Origin: Candidatus Hydrothermales bacterium
GTDB taxonomy: Bacteria; Hydrothermota; Hydrothermia; Hydrothermales; JAJRUZ01
Length of the DNA: 36,220 bases
Direction: 5' to 3'
NCBI GenBank assembly: GCA_039630575.1
Contig: JBCNUW010000021.1
Span: forward strand, 1 to 36,220
Part shown: positions 1-8,609 of the stretch, piece after piece
Numbering within the stretch: position 1 is the stretch's first letter
How the letters are laid out: the number at the start of each line of letters is the position of its first letter
Position numbers and translations under genes: made by a program
Notes under the pieces: model-generated
What the model saw: only the letters and a program-made list of their open reading frames with translations
What the model was told of the DNA's origin: nothing
Databases searched by the model: none

Positions 1-1
1 A

Positions 2-2074
2 GAGTGGACTTCTTCCACGGACCAAGAAAGGGGCTTTAAATCTTATGGATTTGCAAGAAGAGTTCCAGGGTGGGTTTGGGCTGGAATTTTTACAGCTGGA
101 AGTGCAGCTGATGCTATATGGCCAGCTATCTTTGTTTCCCCCCTTGTTGGAACGGTCTTTTACAGGTATAACACAACAGCTGTTGGTAATGTTAATTGCA
201 ATACATCTTTAATTGATTTATGGGCTGGTTTTCCCTACCTTATGTATGGTGTAATTAGGCATTGGCATCCTACATTAACCTATTATGCACCTCCAGGTTG
301 GACATGGCCAATTACTCCTAACCATGTAGCAGCAGGTAGGGATACTGTTATTGACTCCTTAAGAGGAAAGGATGATGCAATAAATCCATCTGTAAATACT
401 TCTGTTTCCTTTTGTTTTATGAATAAATCTAATGTTTCTATTCCTACTCCACCTAATAAATACTTAAGAGGTCCAATGGATATCTATTTACTTTTTGATA
501 ATCTTTACGGCTTTCATTTTACTTTCAATTCCAGTTTATCTCCTTGGAGTTATGTAAAAAGTAAAAATAATATATTACCTATACCAGGAGGTAGACATAC
601 CCTTACATTGTATTTAGATATGGATCCAAATGGATATGAGTTAATGGGGAATATATTTAATGTTTTTTATAGGTATTGGGGAATGCAATTTTCCTTTAAG
701 GCTCCGAGGATTTCTCCAAAAAAGCCTGTGTTAGCTGAGTTTGTTCCATGGCCAGTTACTGATTTTTCAGAATATTATTATAATGTAACAGTTTTCAGAT
801 TTAAGACTGTTGGTGTTGCGGGCGGCTGGGCACAAAATCCTCCTAATCCAAAGAGATGGCAAGGAATAGCTACAATTGCAAGTAGGTTTAATGTGGCAGG
901 AGACTCAATAGATGTGGACTTAAGACTTTATGCAGATAGTCCAACTACTTTCTATGACGGTTATATAAATGTTTTAGAAGCCTCTGAGGTCGATGGGAGA
1001 AGGACTGATTTTATAATAATAAATGGAAGAAGAGTTTCAACCTTTTATTATGCAGGTATATATAGCTTTGGTGATACCCCTGATTCAGCAATAGTTGATT
1101 TTCAGGGTTCAAGAGCCTTAATTACTCTCAGCTCTACATCTTCAAATCCTCGAACTGAGATCTTTGCCAATTCAAAGATAGACAAAAATGCAAGAGAGCT
1201 CTTCCATATTTATGATATTGTACTTACATCTGGAGTAAATCATCAGATTACAGTTACTCCATTAACTGGTCTTGATGTGGCTGTAGCGATATACGGTTCG
1301 GTTGGTCTTTATGGAAACGATTTCTTTTTAAGGAGAACCGATGCTCTTGCAAGTGTTGATGCAGGCGGTGCAGGAGCAGCTGAAGTCCTAAACTATAACC
1401 CTCCTGTTACTGATACTTATGCACTTGTTATAATAAACAAAAATGTAGTAAATCAATCTTATACCTTAAATGCTTATGATGGTTCAAGATATGCTGGATT
1501 TACAGTTCTCGCCGAACTTGAAGGTAACTTAACTGCCGAAAGTGTAAAAGAAGGAATAAAGATTGTTTGGAACTATGACGGAGAGATAATTGAAGGGGAG
1601 CTCCTAAAGAAAGTTTTAACAGGTGGCTCTGAATCTGTAAAGGAATACACTGTAATTCACAGATTTGATGAAAATAAAGGAAGCTTTATCGATAAAGATG
1701 TTACTCCTTTTGCTGAATATGAGTATATTGTTAAGTTTAATACAGGGGAAAAAGTTTTGACCTTTGGACCTATAAAGGCAAAGTGGGAATATACTTTAAA
1801 TGAATTTTCTATATTAAAGTTTGGACCTAATTTATTTAAAGAGAAGATATCTTTTGTAATAACAGTTCCTGAACATTCTGATGTTGAATTAACGGTTTAT
1901 AATTCTGCAGGAAGAAAGATAAAGAGAATTTTCTCAGGAAAACTTAATCCGGGCTACTATGAGTTTGAATGGAAAGGTGAAACTGACTCTGGTAAGAAAG
2001 TTGAAAAAGGAATATACTTCCTTGTTGCAAGGAACAAAGGAAAAGTAATAAAGAAAAAGATAATAAATATTTAA
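2..2074 (+). CDS. Large secreted protein of unknown function, 5'-truncated by the window edge; PPC-like and Ig/FnIII-like domains and a C-terminal FlgD-Ig/T9SS type A-like domain
   Basis: The frame of ORF 242..2074 is open back to position 2 (EWTSSTDQERGFKSYGFARR...), so the real start lies upstream of the window. The C-terminus LTVYNSAGRKIK...W.G.T.SGKKVEKGIYFL...KKIINI fits the FlgD-Ig/CTD pattern. Confidence 0.75.
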   Translation, partial: EWTSSTDQERGFKSYGFARRVPGWVWAGIFTAGSAADAIWPAIFVSPLVGTVFYRYNTTAVGNVNCNTSLIDLWAGFPYLMYGVIRHWHPTLTYYAPPGWTWPITPNHVAAGRDTVIDSLRGKDDAINPSVNTSVSFCFMNKSNVSIPTPPNKYLRGPMDIYLLFDNLYGFHFTFNSSLSPWSYVKSKNNILPIPGGRHTLTLYLDMDPNGYELMGNIFNVFYRYWGMQFSFKAPRISPKKPVLAEFVPWPVTDFSEYYYNVTVFRFKTVGVAGGWAQNPPNPKRWQGIATIASRFNVAGDSIDVDLRLYADSPTTFYDGYINVLEASEVDGRRTDFIIINGRRVSTFYYAGIYSFGDTPDSAIVDFQGSRALITLSSTSSNPRTEIFANSKIDKNARELFHIYDIVLTSGVNHQITVTPLTGLDVAVAIYGSVGLYGNDFFLRRTDALASVDAGGAGAAEVLNYNPPVTDTYALVIINKNVVNQSYTLNAYDGSRYAGFTVLAELEGNLTAESVKEGIKIVWNYDGEIIEGELLKKVLTGGSESVKEYTVIHRFDENKGSFIDKDVTPFAEYEYIVKFNTGEKVLTFGPIKAKWEYTLNEFSILKFGPNLFKEKISFVITVPEHSDVELTVYNSAGRKIKRIFSGKLNPGYYEFEWKGETDSGKKVEKGIYFLVARNKGKVIKKKIINI

Positions 2075-2075
2075 T

Positions 2076-2137
2076 AAAAAGAGGATTAATTTAAAAAGAC
2101 GAAAATAATTTTTTTAAAGGTTCAATCCCTTTTTTTT
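2076..2137 (+). terminator. Imperfect AT-rich stem-loop followed by a T-tract; possible terminator or mRNA structure
   Basis: aaaaagaggatt..tttaaaaa can pair with tttttaaa..aatccctttt, and a T8 run follows. Pairing was done by eye, has bulges and is low complexity. Confidence 0.3.
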
Positions 2138-2146
2138 GGGTTTTAA

Positions 2147-4699
2147 ATGAGATTTATACTTTTTATAATAGCTTTTATTTCAGAAGAAAATTTTAACATT
2201 TTAAGTGTTGGTAAATACAGATTTGATCCTTTAATAGAAGATCCCCTACCAACTTATTTAAGGGTTACTGAAAAAGAGACAGAATACTTTATAATTCAAT
2301 TTAAAGGTCCTATAAAAAGAGAGGATATTGAGTTTTTAACAAATTTAGGAGTTTTAATATACGATTACCTTCCCCACTTTGCCTATCTTGTCAAAATAGA
2401 AAATGCGCTAAAAGAAGAAGTATTAAATAAGTTAAAAGAGAATGAATATATAAGATTTGTAGGTCCTTTTCATCCTGGATATAAGATCTTAAAATTTAGT
2501 GAAGGAGATTTTGAAAGAGAGTTTAATCTTTTAATCTTTGAAGATTCAGATGTTGATGAGGTTGAAAAGAAAGTTAAAGATTTTAAAATTAAAGTAGTTT
2601 CCAAATCCTATGATTTTGTTAAAAAGTTAATAGTAGAAGCTACTCCTTCTGAGGTTCAGAAGCTTATATTTATTTCCGATATTCAATTTATAGAGGAAAG
2701 ACCAAAAAATAAACCATTAAACGAGGTTATAAGGTGGGCGCTTCAGACATCAGTTTCAGGTGATACTTTTATATGGGGAAAACAGATACGTGGTGAAAAT
2801 CAACTGATAGGCTTTATGGATACAGGTCTTGACTTTTATGATTGTTTCTTTTGGGATCCTCAAGGTGATCCTCCAGGGAACAACCATAGGAAAGTTCAAG
2901 CTTATCAAAATTTTGGCTCAGGTGATGGTAGACCAAACGGGAATGGAGATCATGGAACTCATGTGGCTGGAACACTTGCAGGTAAGATTGATCCAAGCGA
3001 TAACACACAGGATCCAACTGACAGAGATTATGAGGGTATAGCGAAAAATGCAAGACTTGTAGTCCAAGATGTTTATAATGGGACAAGTTTTAACTACGGT
3101 GCAAGTCTTACTACACCTTTACAATCTGCAAGAAATCTTGGTGTAAGAATTCACTCAAATTCGTGGGGCGAATGTGGTGATCCTAATTGTAACACTCCAA
3201 ACAACTCTTATTCAACTGCTGCAAGAGAAGTAGATCAATTTATGTGGACCAACAGAGATTTTTTGCTTGTTTTTGCTGCTGGGAATGAGGGTCCACAAAC
3301 AAACACAGTAACAGCACCCTCAGTTGCAAAGAACTGCGTAAGTGTTGGTGCTTTAAGACACAACAACATCAATCAAATTGCAGGATATTCAAGCAGGGGA
3401 TGGGCATTTGATAATAGGATTAAACCTGATGTTTGTGGAATAGGAGGAGAAGGGTCAGGAAACGATTTTGTTCACTCTGCTTGGAATGATTACCCAAATT
3501 ATCCAGGTCATAGCTACTGTGATATTATAGGTATGGCAGGCACTTCTATGGCAACTCCCTCTGTTGCAGGCGCACTTGCTCTTATAAGACAGTACTTTAC
3601 AGAAGGCTGGTACCCATCTGGAACAAAAAATCCTGCTAATGCATTAATTCCCTCTGCAACACTTTTAAAGGCTATGGTGATCTCCTCAACAAATTTCCTT
3701 GCAAACAATGTATATGACCAGAATTTTGGATGGGGGAGAGTGAATTTGAGAAATACTTTATATTTTTCTGGAGATGCAAAGGATTTAAGAATCGCACAGA
3801 AGGCGGTTTATGCTACTGGAGATTCTCTTGTTTACGCTCTAAATGTCTTATCAAACTCTATACCACTTAAAATAGTTCTTGTCTGGCTTGATGCACCTGC
3901 CTCTGTTGGCGCAAATCCAGCTATTGTAAATAACCTTGATTTAAAGGTAAGGGACCCAAACTCTTTGATTTATAGAGGTAATGTTTTCTCTGGCGGTCAA
4001 AGTGCTACTGGAGGAACTCATGACACGAGAAATACTGTAGAACTTTTTTATAGAACAAGTCCTACCCCTGGTCTTTACTACATTTCTGTAATTGGTAGAA
4101 ATGTTCCTGTTCCTAGTGCGAACGGTGTCCCCTTTGCAATCGTTATAACAGGTGATCTTGGAACCCTAATGGGTGAAGAGGAAAGCTACTTTGTTGCAAT
4201 ACCAATGATAGATAAAATAGTTTTGAAAGCAAGGGGAATTTACATAAACGGAGAAGTCGTTCTTAAAAGAAACGGAAATATTATATATTCAGGTAAATCT
4301 TTAGATGGAAACTTTGAATATACTGATAGAGATGTTAAAATTAATATGGAATATGATTACGAGCTCATATCAACTTCTCCTTTAGGTGAAAAAAGATACT
4401 TTGGTCCGGTTAAGGTAAAATTCAGAGGTTTTAAATTTGATGTAAAAGTTAAAAGAAATATAGCTAACAATGAACTTAACATAATTTTACTTAACCCAGA
4501 AAAGGGAAGAGTAAATCTCTCTCTTTTTGACATTGCTGGTAGAGAACATAAGATTTTTGAAAATAAAGAGATTGAAAGAGGTGTATATTCACTTTTTATT
4601 CCCTTAGATAAATATGAAATAAAACAGGGTAATTACATTCTTTTAGTAAAAAAAGATAAAGAGGAAATCAAGAGAAAGGTTATAGTTTTGGGTAAATAA
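2147..4699 (+). CDS. Subtilisin-family (S8, KP-43-like) serine protease with propeptide, jelly-roll domain and C-terminal CTD-like domain
   Basis: Catalytic motifs MDTG, HGTHVAG, AAGN and GTSMATP; LKIVLVWLD..NNLDL jelly-roll signature; C-terminal LFDIAGR...QGNYIL...KVIVL. Confidence 0.92.
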   Translation: MRFILFIIAFISEENFNILSVGKYRFDPLIEDPLPTYLRVTEKETEYFIIQFKGPIKREDIEFLTNLGVLIYDYLPHFAYLVKIENALKEEVLNKLKENEYIRFVGPFHPGYKILKFSEGDFEREFNLLIFEDSDVDEVEKKVKDFKIKVVSKSYDFVKKLIVEATPSEVQKLIFISDIQFIEERPKNKPLNEVIRWALQTSVSGDTFIWGKQIRGENQLIGFMDTGLDFYDCFFWDPQGDPPGNNHRKVQAYQNFGSGDGRPNGNGDHGTHVAGTLAGKIDPSDNTQDPTDRDYEGIAKNARLVVQDVYNGTSFNYGASLTTPLQSARNLGVRIHSNSWGECGDPNCNTPNNSYSTAAREVDQFMWTNRDFLLVFAAGNEGPQTNTVTAPSVAKNCVSVGALRHNNINQIAGYSSRGWAFDNRIKPDVCGIGGEGSGNDFVHSAWNDYPNYPGHSYCDIIGMAGTSMATPSVAGALALIRQYFTEGWYPSGTKNPANALIPSATLLKAMVISSTNFLANNVYDQNFGWGRVNLRNTLYFSGDAKDLRIAQKAVYATGDSLVYALNVLSNSIPLKIVLVWLDAPASVGANPAIVNNLDLKVRDPNSLIYRGNVFSGGQSATGGTHDTRNTVELFYRTSPTPGLYYISVIGRNVPVPSANGVPFAIVITGDLGTLMGEEESYFVAIPMIDKIVLKARGIYINGEVVLKRNGNIIYSGKSLDGNFEYTDRDVKINMEYDYELISTSPLGEKRYFGPVKVKFRGFKFDVKVKRNIANNELNIILLNPEKGRVNLSLFDIAGREHKIFENKEIERGVYSLFIPLDKYEIKQGNYILLVKKDKEEIKRKVIVLGK

Positions 4700-4737
4700 T
4701 TTGCTTTTTTAATTTTAAACTTTCCAGTTAGTTTCTT

Positions 4738-4743
4738 TATACT
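4738..4743 (+). promoter_or_regulatory. Putative -10 box (TATACT) 6 nt before the ddl ATG; leaderless-type promoter
   Basis: TATACT-taaata-ATG with no Shine-Dalgarno sequence; the -35 match is weak. Confidence 0.5.
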
Positions 4744-4749
4744 TAAATA

Positions 4750-5718
4750 ATGAATTTTAATAAAGAAGAAGTTATTGAAAGATTTAAGGATAAAGTGATT
4801 TTGGTAATATGCGGCGGAACGTCAGGAGAAAAGGAAGTCTCTATAAGATCTGGTAGAAATGTTTATAAGGCGCTAAAGCATTTTGATTTAAATGTTAAAT
4901 TGCTTGAGATAGAAAAAGATTTTGTAAAGGAAATTCTCGATGCGAGACCCTTTGATGTTGTTTTTAACATACTTCATGGAAAACCCGGTGAAGATGGAAC
5001 AGTTCAAGGATTCCTTGAGCTTCTTTCTATTCCCTATACAGGAAGTTCAGTTCTCGGTTCTGCAATTGGTATGAATAAGATAGTAGCAAAGAAGATCTTC
5101 ATAACTGAGGGAATTCCAACACCACCGTTTGTTACAGTCTATCACTATGAGAATTTTGAGGAAAAATTAAAAGAAGCAGAGGAAAAATTTGGGTATCCTA
5201 TGATGTTTAAACCAAAAGATGAAGGTTCAAGTTTAGGTGTAGCCATATGTAGAAATAGGGAGGATGTTATAAGAAATTTTTATGAAAATGAGAATAAGTT
5301 TAAAGATTTTTTTCTTGAAAAATACATAAAAGGCAAAATAATAACAACTGGTATACTGGGTACTGGAAAAAATGCCTTTGCTTTACCAATTCTTGAATTA
5401 AGACCTGTTAGAAGAGAGTTTTATGATTATACAGCAAAGTATACAAAGGGAGAAACAGAGTTTATTTTGCCAGCCCAGCTTTCACCTGAGCTTACAGATT
5501 TAGTTCAAAATTTATCTTTAAAGGCACATCTTGCACTTGAATGTAGAGGGTTTTCAAGAGTTGACGGAGTAATATCTGAAAATGGTGAACCCTATATACT
5601 TGAAGTTAACACTTTGCCTGGAATGACTGATCTTTCTGACTTACCCGCTGAGGCAAAAGCCTATGGATTAACTTATGAAGAGCTTGTTCTTTTTATTTTA
5701 AATACAGTATATGATTAA
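4750..5718 (+). CDS. ddl: D-alanine--D-alanine ligase
   Basis: GGTSGEKEVSIRSG, LHGKPGEDG, KP..EGSS, FYDYTAKY and EVNTLPG motifs. Confidence 0.96.
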   Translation: MNFNKEEVIERFKDKVILVICGGTSGEKEVSIRSGRNVYKALKHFDLNVKLLEIEKDFVKEILDARPFDVVFNILHGKPGEDGTVQGFLELLSIPYTGSSVLGSAIGMNKIVAKKIFITEGIPTPPFVTVYHYENFEEKLKEAEEKFGYPMMFKPKDEGSSLGVAICRNREDVIRNFYENENKFKDFFLEKYIKGKIITTGILGTGKNAFALPILELRPVRREFYDYTAKYTKGETEFILPAQLSPELTDLVQNLSLKAHLALECRGFSRVDGVISENGEPYILEVNTLPGMTDLSDLPAEAKAYGLTYEELVLFILNTVYD

Positions 5719-6367
5719 AAATAAAGTAAAAGTTGGTCCTTCAATAATTGCAGGTGATTTCAGCAACTTAAGAAAAACAATAAGAAAAATTGAAAATTCA
5801 AATTCAGATTTTATCCATGTTGATGTTATGGATGGTAATTTTGTCAGTAACATAACTTTTGGTCCTATGATTGTTGAAGCAATAAGAAAGTTAACAAATA
5901 TGCCAATTAACATTCATCTTATGATTATAGAGCCGATAAGATATATAAAAAGATTTAAAAATTCTGTTCCTGCTGTTATATCTTTTCATGTTGAATCAAC
6001 AAATAAAGTAAGAGAAACGATTGAGGAAATCCATCACTTTACAAGAGCAGGTATTGCCTTAAATCCTGAAACAAAAATTGAAGAAATAGAAAACTATTTA
6101 AATGATGTTGAACAAGTTTTAGTTATGAGTGTAAATCCAGGATTTTCTGGTCAAAAATTTATCGAAGAAGTTTTAGATAAAATAAAAGTTATTAAAGAAA
6201 TTAGGGATAAAAATAAATATAGATTTGAAATAGCTGTAGACGGGGGTCTAAATAAAGAGAATATACCTTTGGTACTAGCCTCGGGAGCCGATACCCTTTG
6301 TATAGGTTCTTTTTTCTTTAAATATAGAAAAATTAAAAGTTATATAGAAAATTTAAAGAGAAAATAG
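5711..6367 (+). CDS. rpe: Ribulose-phosphate 3-epimerase
   Basis: HVDVMDGNFV, HLM, MSVNPGFSGQKF and VDGG motifs. Confidence 0.95.
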   Translation: MIKNKVKVGPSIIAGDFSNLRKTIRKIENSNSDFIHVDVMDGNFVSNITFGPMIVEAIRKLTNMPINIHLMIIEPIRYIKRFKNSVPAVISFHVESTNKVRETIEEIHHFTRAGIALNPETKIEEIENYLNDVEQVLVMSVNPGFSGQKFIEEVLDKIKVIKEIRDKNKYRFEIAVDGGLNKENIPLVLASGADTLCIGSFFFKYRKIKSYIENLKRK

Positions 6368-6377
6368 TTAAATTTTT

Positions 6378-6450
6378 TACGCCCGGCGGGATTTGAACCC
6401 GCAATCTTCTCCTCCGGAGGGAGATGTTCTATCCATTGAACTACGGGCGC
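6378..6450 (-). tRNA. tRNA-Arg(CCG), no encoded CCA
   Basis: The reverse complement GCGCCCGTAGTTCAATGGATAGAACATCTCCCTCCGGAGGAGAAGATTGCGGGTTCAAATCCCGCCGGGCGTA folds into a cloverleaf with anticodon loop CT-CCG-GA and a GTTCAAATC T-arm. Confidence 0.95.
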
Positions 6451-6459
6451 AAAATAAAC

Positions 6460-7755
6460 TTACTTAACATTTTCCCTTAACCACTCAAGAGTCACACTCT
6501 TTGGTCTTTCAATTGGTAAACCAAGTGCTCTGTCCCATATTAACTGAACACATATCCCTATTGCTCTTGAGACTCCGAATAAAACTGTATAATACGGAAA
6601 TTCTTTTATACCATAATGATAAAGAACACAACCTGAATGGGCATCAACATTTGGCCATGGATCCTTAACTTTTTGAAGCTGCTGCAAAATAGGTGGAACA
6701 ACCTCATAAAGCATAGAAACAATCTTAAAGATCTCATCATCAGGCATATACTTTAAAGCAAACTCTCTGAAAGCTACATACCTTGGATCTGTTTTTCTTA
6801 AAACAGCATGACCATATCCTGGAATTACCTGACCAGAATTTAAAGTATCCCAACAGTATTTTTCAAGATCCTCTTTTGTAATTGGTTTATCCTTAAACTT
6901 TTCTTTTAAATTTAAAATCCATCTTAAAACTTCCTGATTGGCAAGACCATGCAGTGGACCTGCAAGACCATTCAAAGCTGCTGAAATTGAATAATAAACA
7001 TCAGAAAGAGCAGAAGAAACTAAGTGTCCTGTATGGGCTGAAACATTTCCTCCTTCATGGTCACAATGAAGAACCATATAAAGCCTCATAAGCTCATAAA
7101 CCTCTGGATTTTCATATCCCATCATATAGGCTAAATTAGCTGCCCAATCAAGATCAGGTTTTGGCTCAATAAACTTTCCCTCCTTATAAAGATATCTGTA
7201 AACATAAGCCGCAACAACTGGGGTCTTCGCTAATAGATCCAAAGTATCCTCATAAAAATATTCCCAATGCTTACCCTTAGGTATACCTTCCCAATAAGCC
7301 TTTGTGAACTTAGACTCTCTCTGCATTGCAAGAATCCCCATTGAAAATAAAGTCATGGGATGAGTATCTGGAGGCATTTTTTTCATCATATCAACTACAT
7401 AAGGTGGAAGATCCATTCTCTTTCTAAATTCATCCTGTATTTCCTTTATATCCTCTTCAGTAGGAAATTCACCGATCAGTAAAAGATAAAAGATTCCCTC
7501 AGGCAACGGTTCATTAAAGCCTTTAGCCTTTGGAAGCTTTTCCCTTACTTCTGGAATTGTATATCCTCTGAATCTTATTCCTTCATTAGGATCAAGAAGT
7601 GAACCTTCCCATACCATACATTTTACATCTCTCATTCCACCATAGGCCTGGTCCACTGTTACTTCCGATATTACTTTATTTCCATATTTTTCCCTAAATT
7701 CTTTTACTTCTTTTACTCTTTTTTCGATTTTTTCTTTTAATTTTTCCTTTAACAT
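6460..7755 (-). CDS. gltA: Citrate (Si)-synthase, eukaryotic/mitochondrial type
   Basis: YGGMR, GIRFRG, DHEGGNVSAH, GLAGPLHGLANQE, PGYGHAVLRKTDPR, WPNVDAHSG and IERPKS motifs; strong SD AGGAGG upstream. Confidence 0.95.
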   Translation of the reverse strand: MLKEKLKEKIEKRVKEVKEFREKYGNKVISEVTVDQAYGGMRDVKCMVWEGSLLDPNEGIRFRGYTIPEVREKLPKAKGFNEPLPEGIFYLLLIGEFPTEEDIKEIQDEFRKRMDLPPYVVDMMKKMPPDTHPMTLFSMGILAMQRESKFTKAYWEGIPKGKHWEYFYEDTLDLLAKTPVVAAYVYRYLYKEGKFIEPKPDLDWAANLAYMMGYENPEVYELMRLYMVLHCDHEGGNVSAHTGHLVSSALSDVYYSISAALNGLAGPLHGLANQEVLRWILNLKEKFKDKPITKEDLEKYCWDTLNSGQVIPGYGHAVLRKTDPRYVAFREFALKYMPDDEIFKIVSMLYEVVPPILQQLQKVKDPWPNVDAHSGCVLYHYGIKEFPYYTVLFGVSRAIGICVQLIWDRALGLPIERPKSVTLEWLRENVK

Positions 7756-7784
7756 TTTTATACCTCCTTTTTGAAATTAGTTAT

Positions 7785-7810
7785 TATGAAATTATAAATT
7801 GAATTTCATA
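7785..7810. promoter_or_regulatory. 9-8-9 perfect inverted repeat (candidate operator) in the gltA/dapF divergent region
   Basis: TATGAAATT-ataaattg-AATTTCATA. Confidence 0.4.
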
Positions 7811-7814
7811 TAAT
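7786..7814 (+). promoter_or_regulatory. Putative leaderless promoter for dapF
   Basis: ATGAAA-17 nt-TATAAT (7809..7814)-ttccaa-ATG; no SD. Confidence 0.5.
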
Positions 7815-7820
7815 TTCCAA
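7791..7820 (-). promoter_or_regulatory. Putative sigma70-type promoter for gltA
   Basis: Minus strand TTGGAA (7820..7815)-18 nt-TATAAT (7796..7791). Confidence 0.45.
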
Positions 7821-8609
7821 ATGAAATTAAATTTTTTTAAAATGGAAGGAACGGGTAACGATTTTATTGTGTTTCTTAATTTAAAACCAGAAAAAGTTAT
7901 AGATTTTATTCCAACTTTATGTGAAAGAAGAAGAGGAATAGGTGCCGATGGTGTTTTGTTTTCTTTGAAAGATAAAAAATTCGACTTCAGAATGATATAT
8001 TTCAATTCAGATGGAAAAAGAGCAAAATTTTGTGCAAATGGAGCAAGATGCCTAATTTATCTTAATTACCTTAAAACAAAAAAGAAAAAGTTTCACTTTA
8101 TTGCTGATGACGGCGAACACTACGGTGAATATATCGGAAAAAATCTCGTTAAACTTAAAGTTTTAATTCCTTCTTTAATAAAAAAAGTTTTTATTTTAAA
8201 TAAAGAATATACATTAATAAACACAGGTGTTCCACATCTTATATGTGAAGAAGAGGATATTGAAAAAATCAACGTTCACGAAAGAGGAGCTTTTTTAAGG
8301 TATCATAAACTTTTTGAACCGGAAGGCACTAATGTGGACTTTATCTCTATAATTGATAAAAATAAAATAAAAATAAGAACATACGAAAGGGGGGTAGAAA
8401 ATGAGACATTATCCTGTGGAACAGGAGCTGTTGCTGCAGCATTATACTTAAGACTTAAAAATAAAAAGAACCAATTTGAAATTTTAACAAAAGGTGGAGA
8501 TACTCTAAAAGTTGACTTTCTTAACGATGAAGTTTTTTTAACAGGAAAAGTTAATTTGTCTTTCAAAGGTGAAATTAACTTAAAATCTTTTTATGTTAGA
8601 AGAATATAA
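7821..8609 (+). CDS. dapF: Diaminopimelate epimerase
   Basis: KMEGTGNDF, GIGADG, NSDG...CANGARC, TGVPH and RTYERGVENETLSCGTG; both catalytic Cys are present. Confidence 0.95.
   Translation: MKLNFFKMEGTGNDFIVFLNLKPEKVIDFIPTLCERRRGIGADGVLFSLKDKKFDFRMIYFNSDGKRAKFCANGARCLIYLNYLKTKKKKFHFIADDGEHYGEYIGKNLVKLKVLIPSLIKKVFILNKEYTLINTGVPHLICEEEDIEKINVHERGAFLRYHKLFEPEGTNVDFISIIDKNKIKIRTYERGVENETLSCGTGAVAAALYLRLKNKKNQFEILTKGGDTLKVDFLNDEVFLTGKVNLSFKGEINLKSFYVRRI

Noticed and set aside
242..244. ATG 242 as the start of the first gene
   Set aside because: The frame is open back to the window edge with protein-like sequence, so the gene is truncated.
6378..6450. tRNA as an integration site for a genomic island (also checked for tRNA-Pro)
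   Set aside because: There is no duplicated tRNA 3' end and no integrase in the window, and the flanking genes look native.
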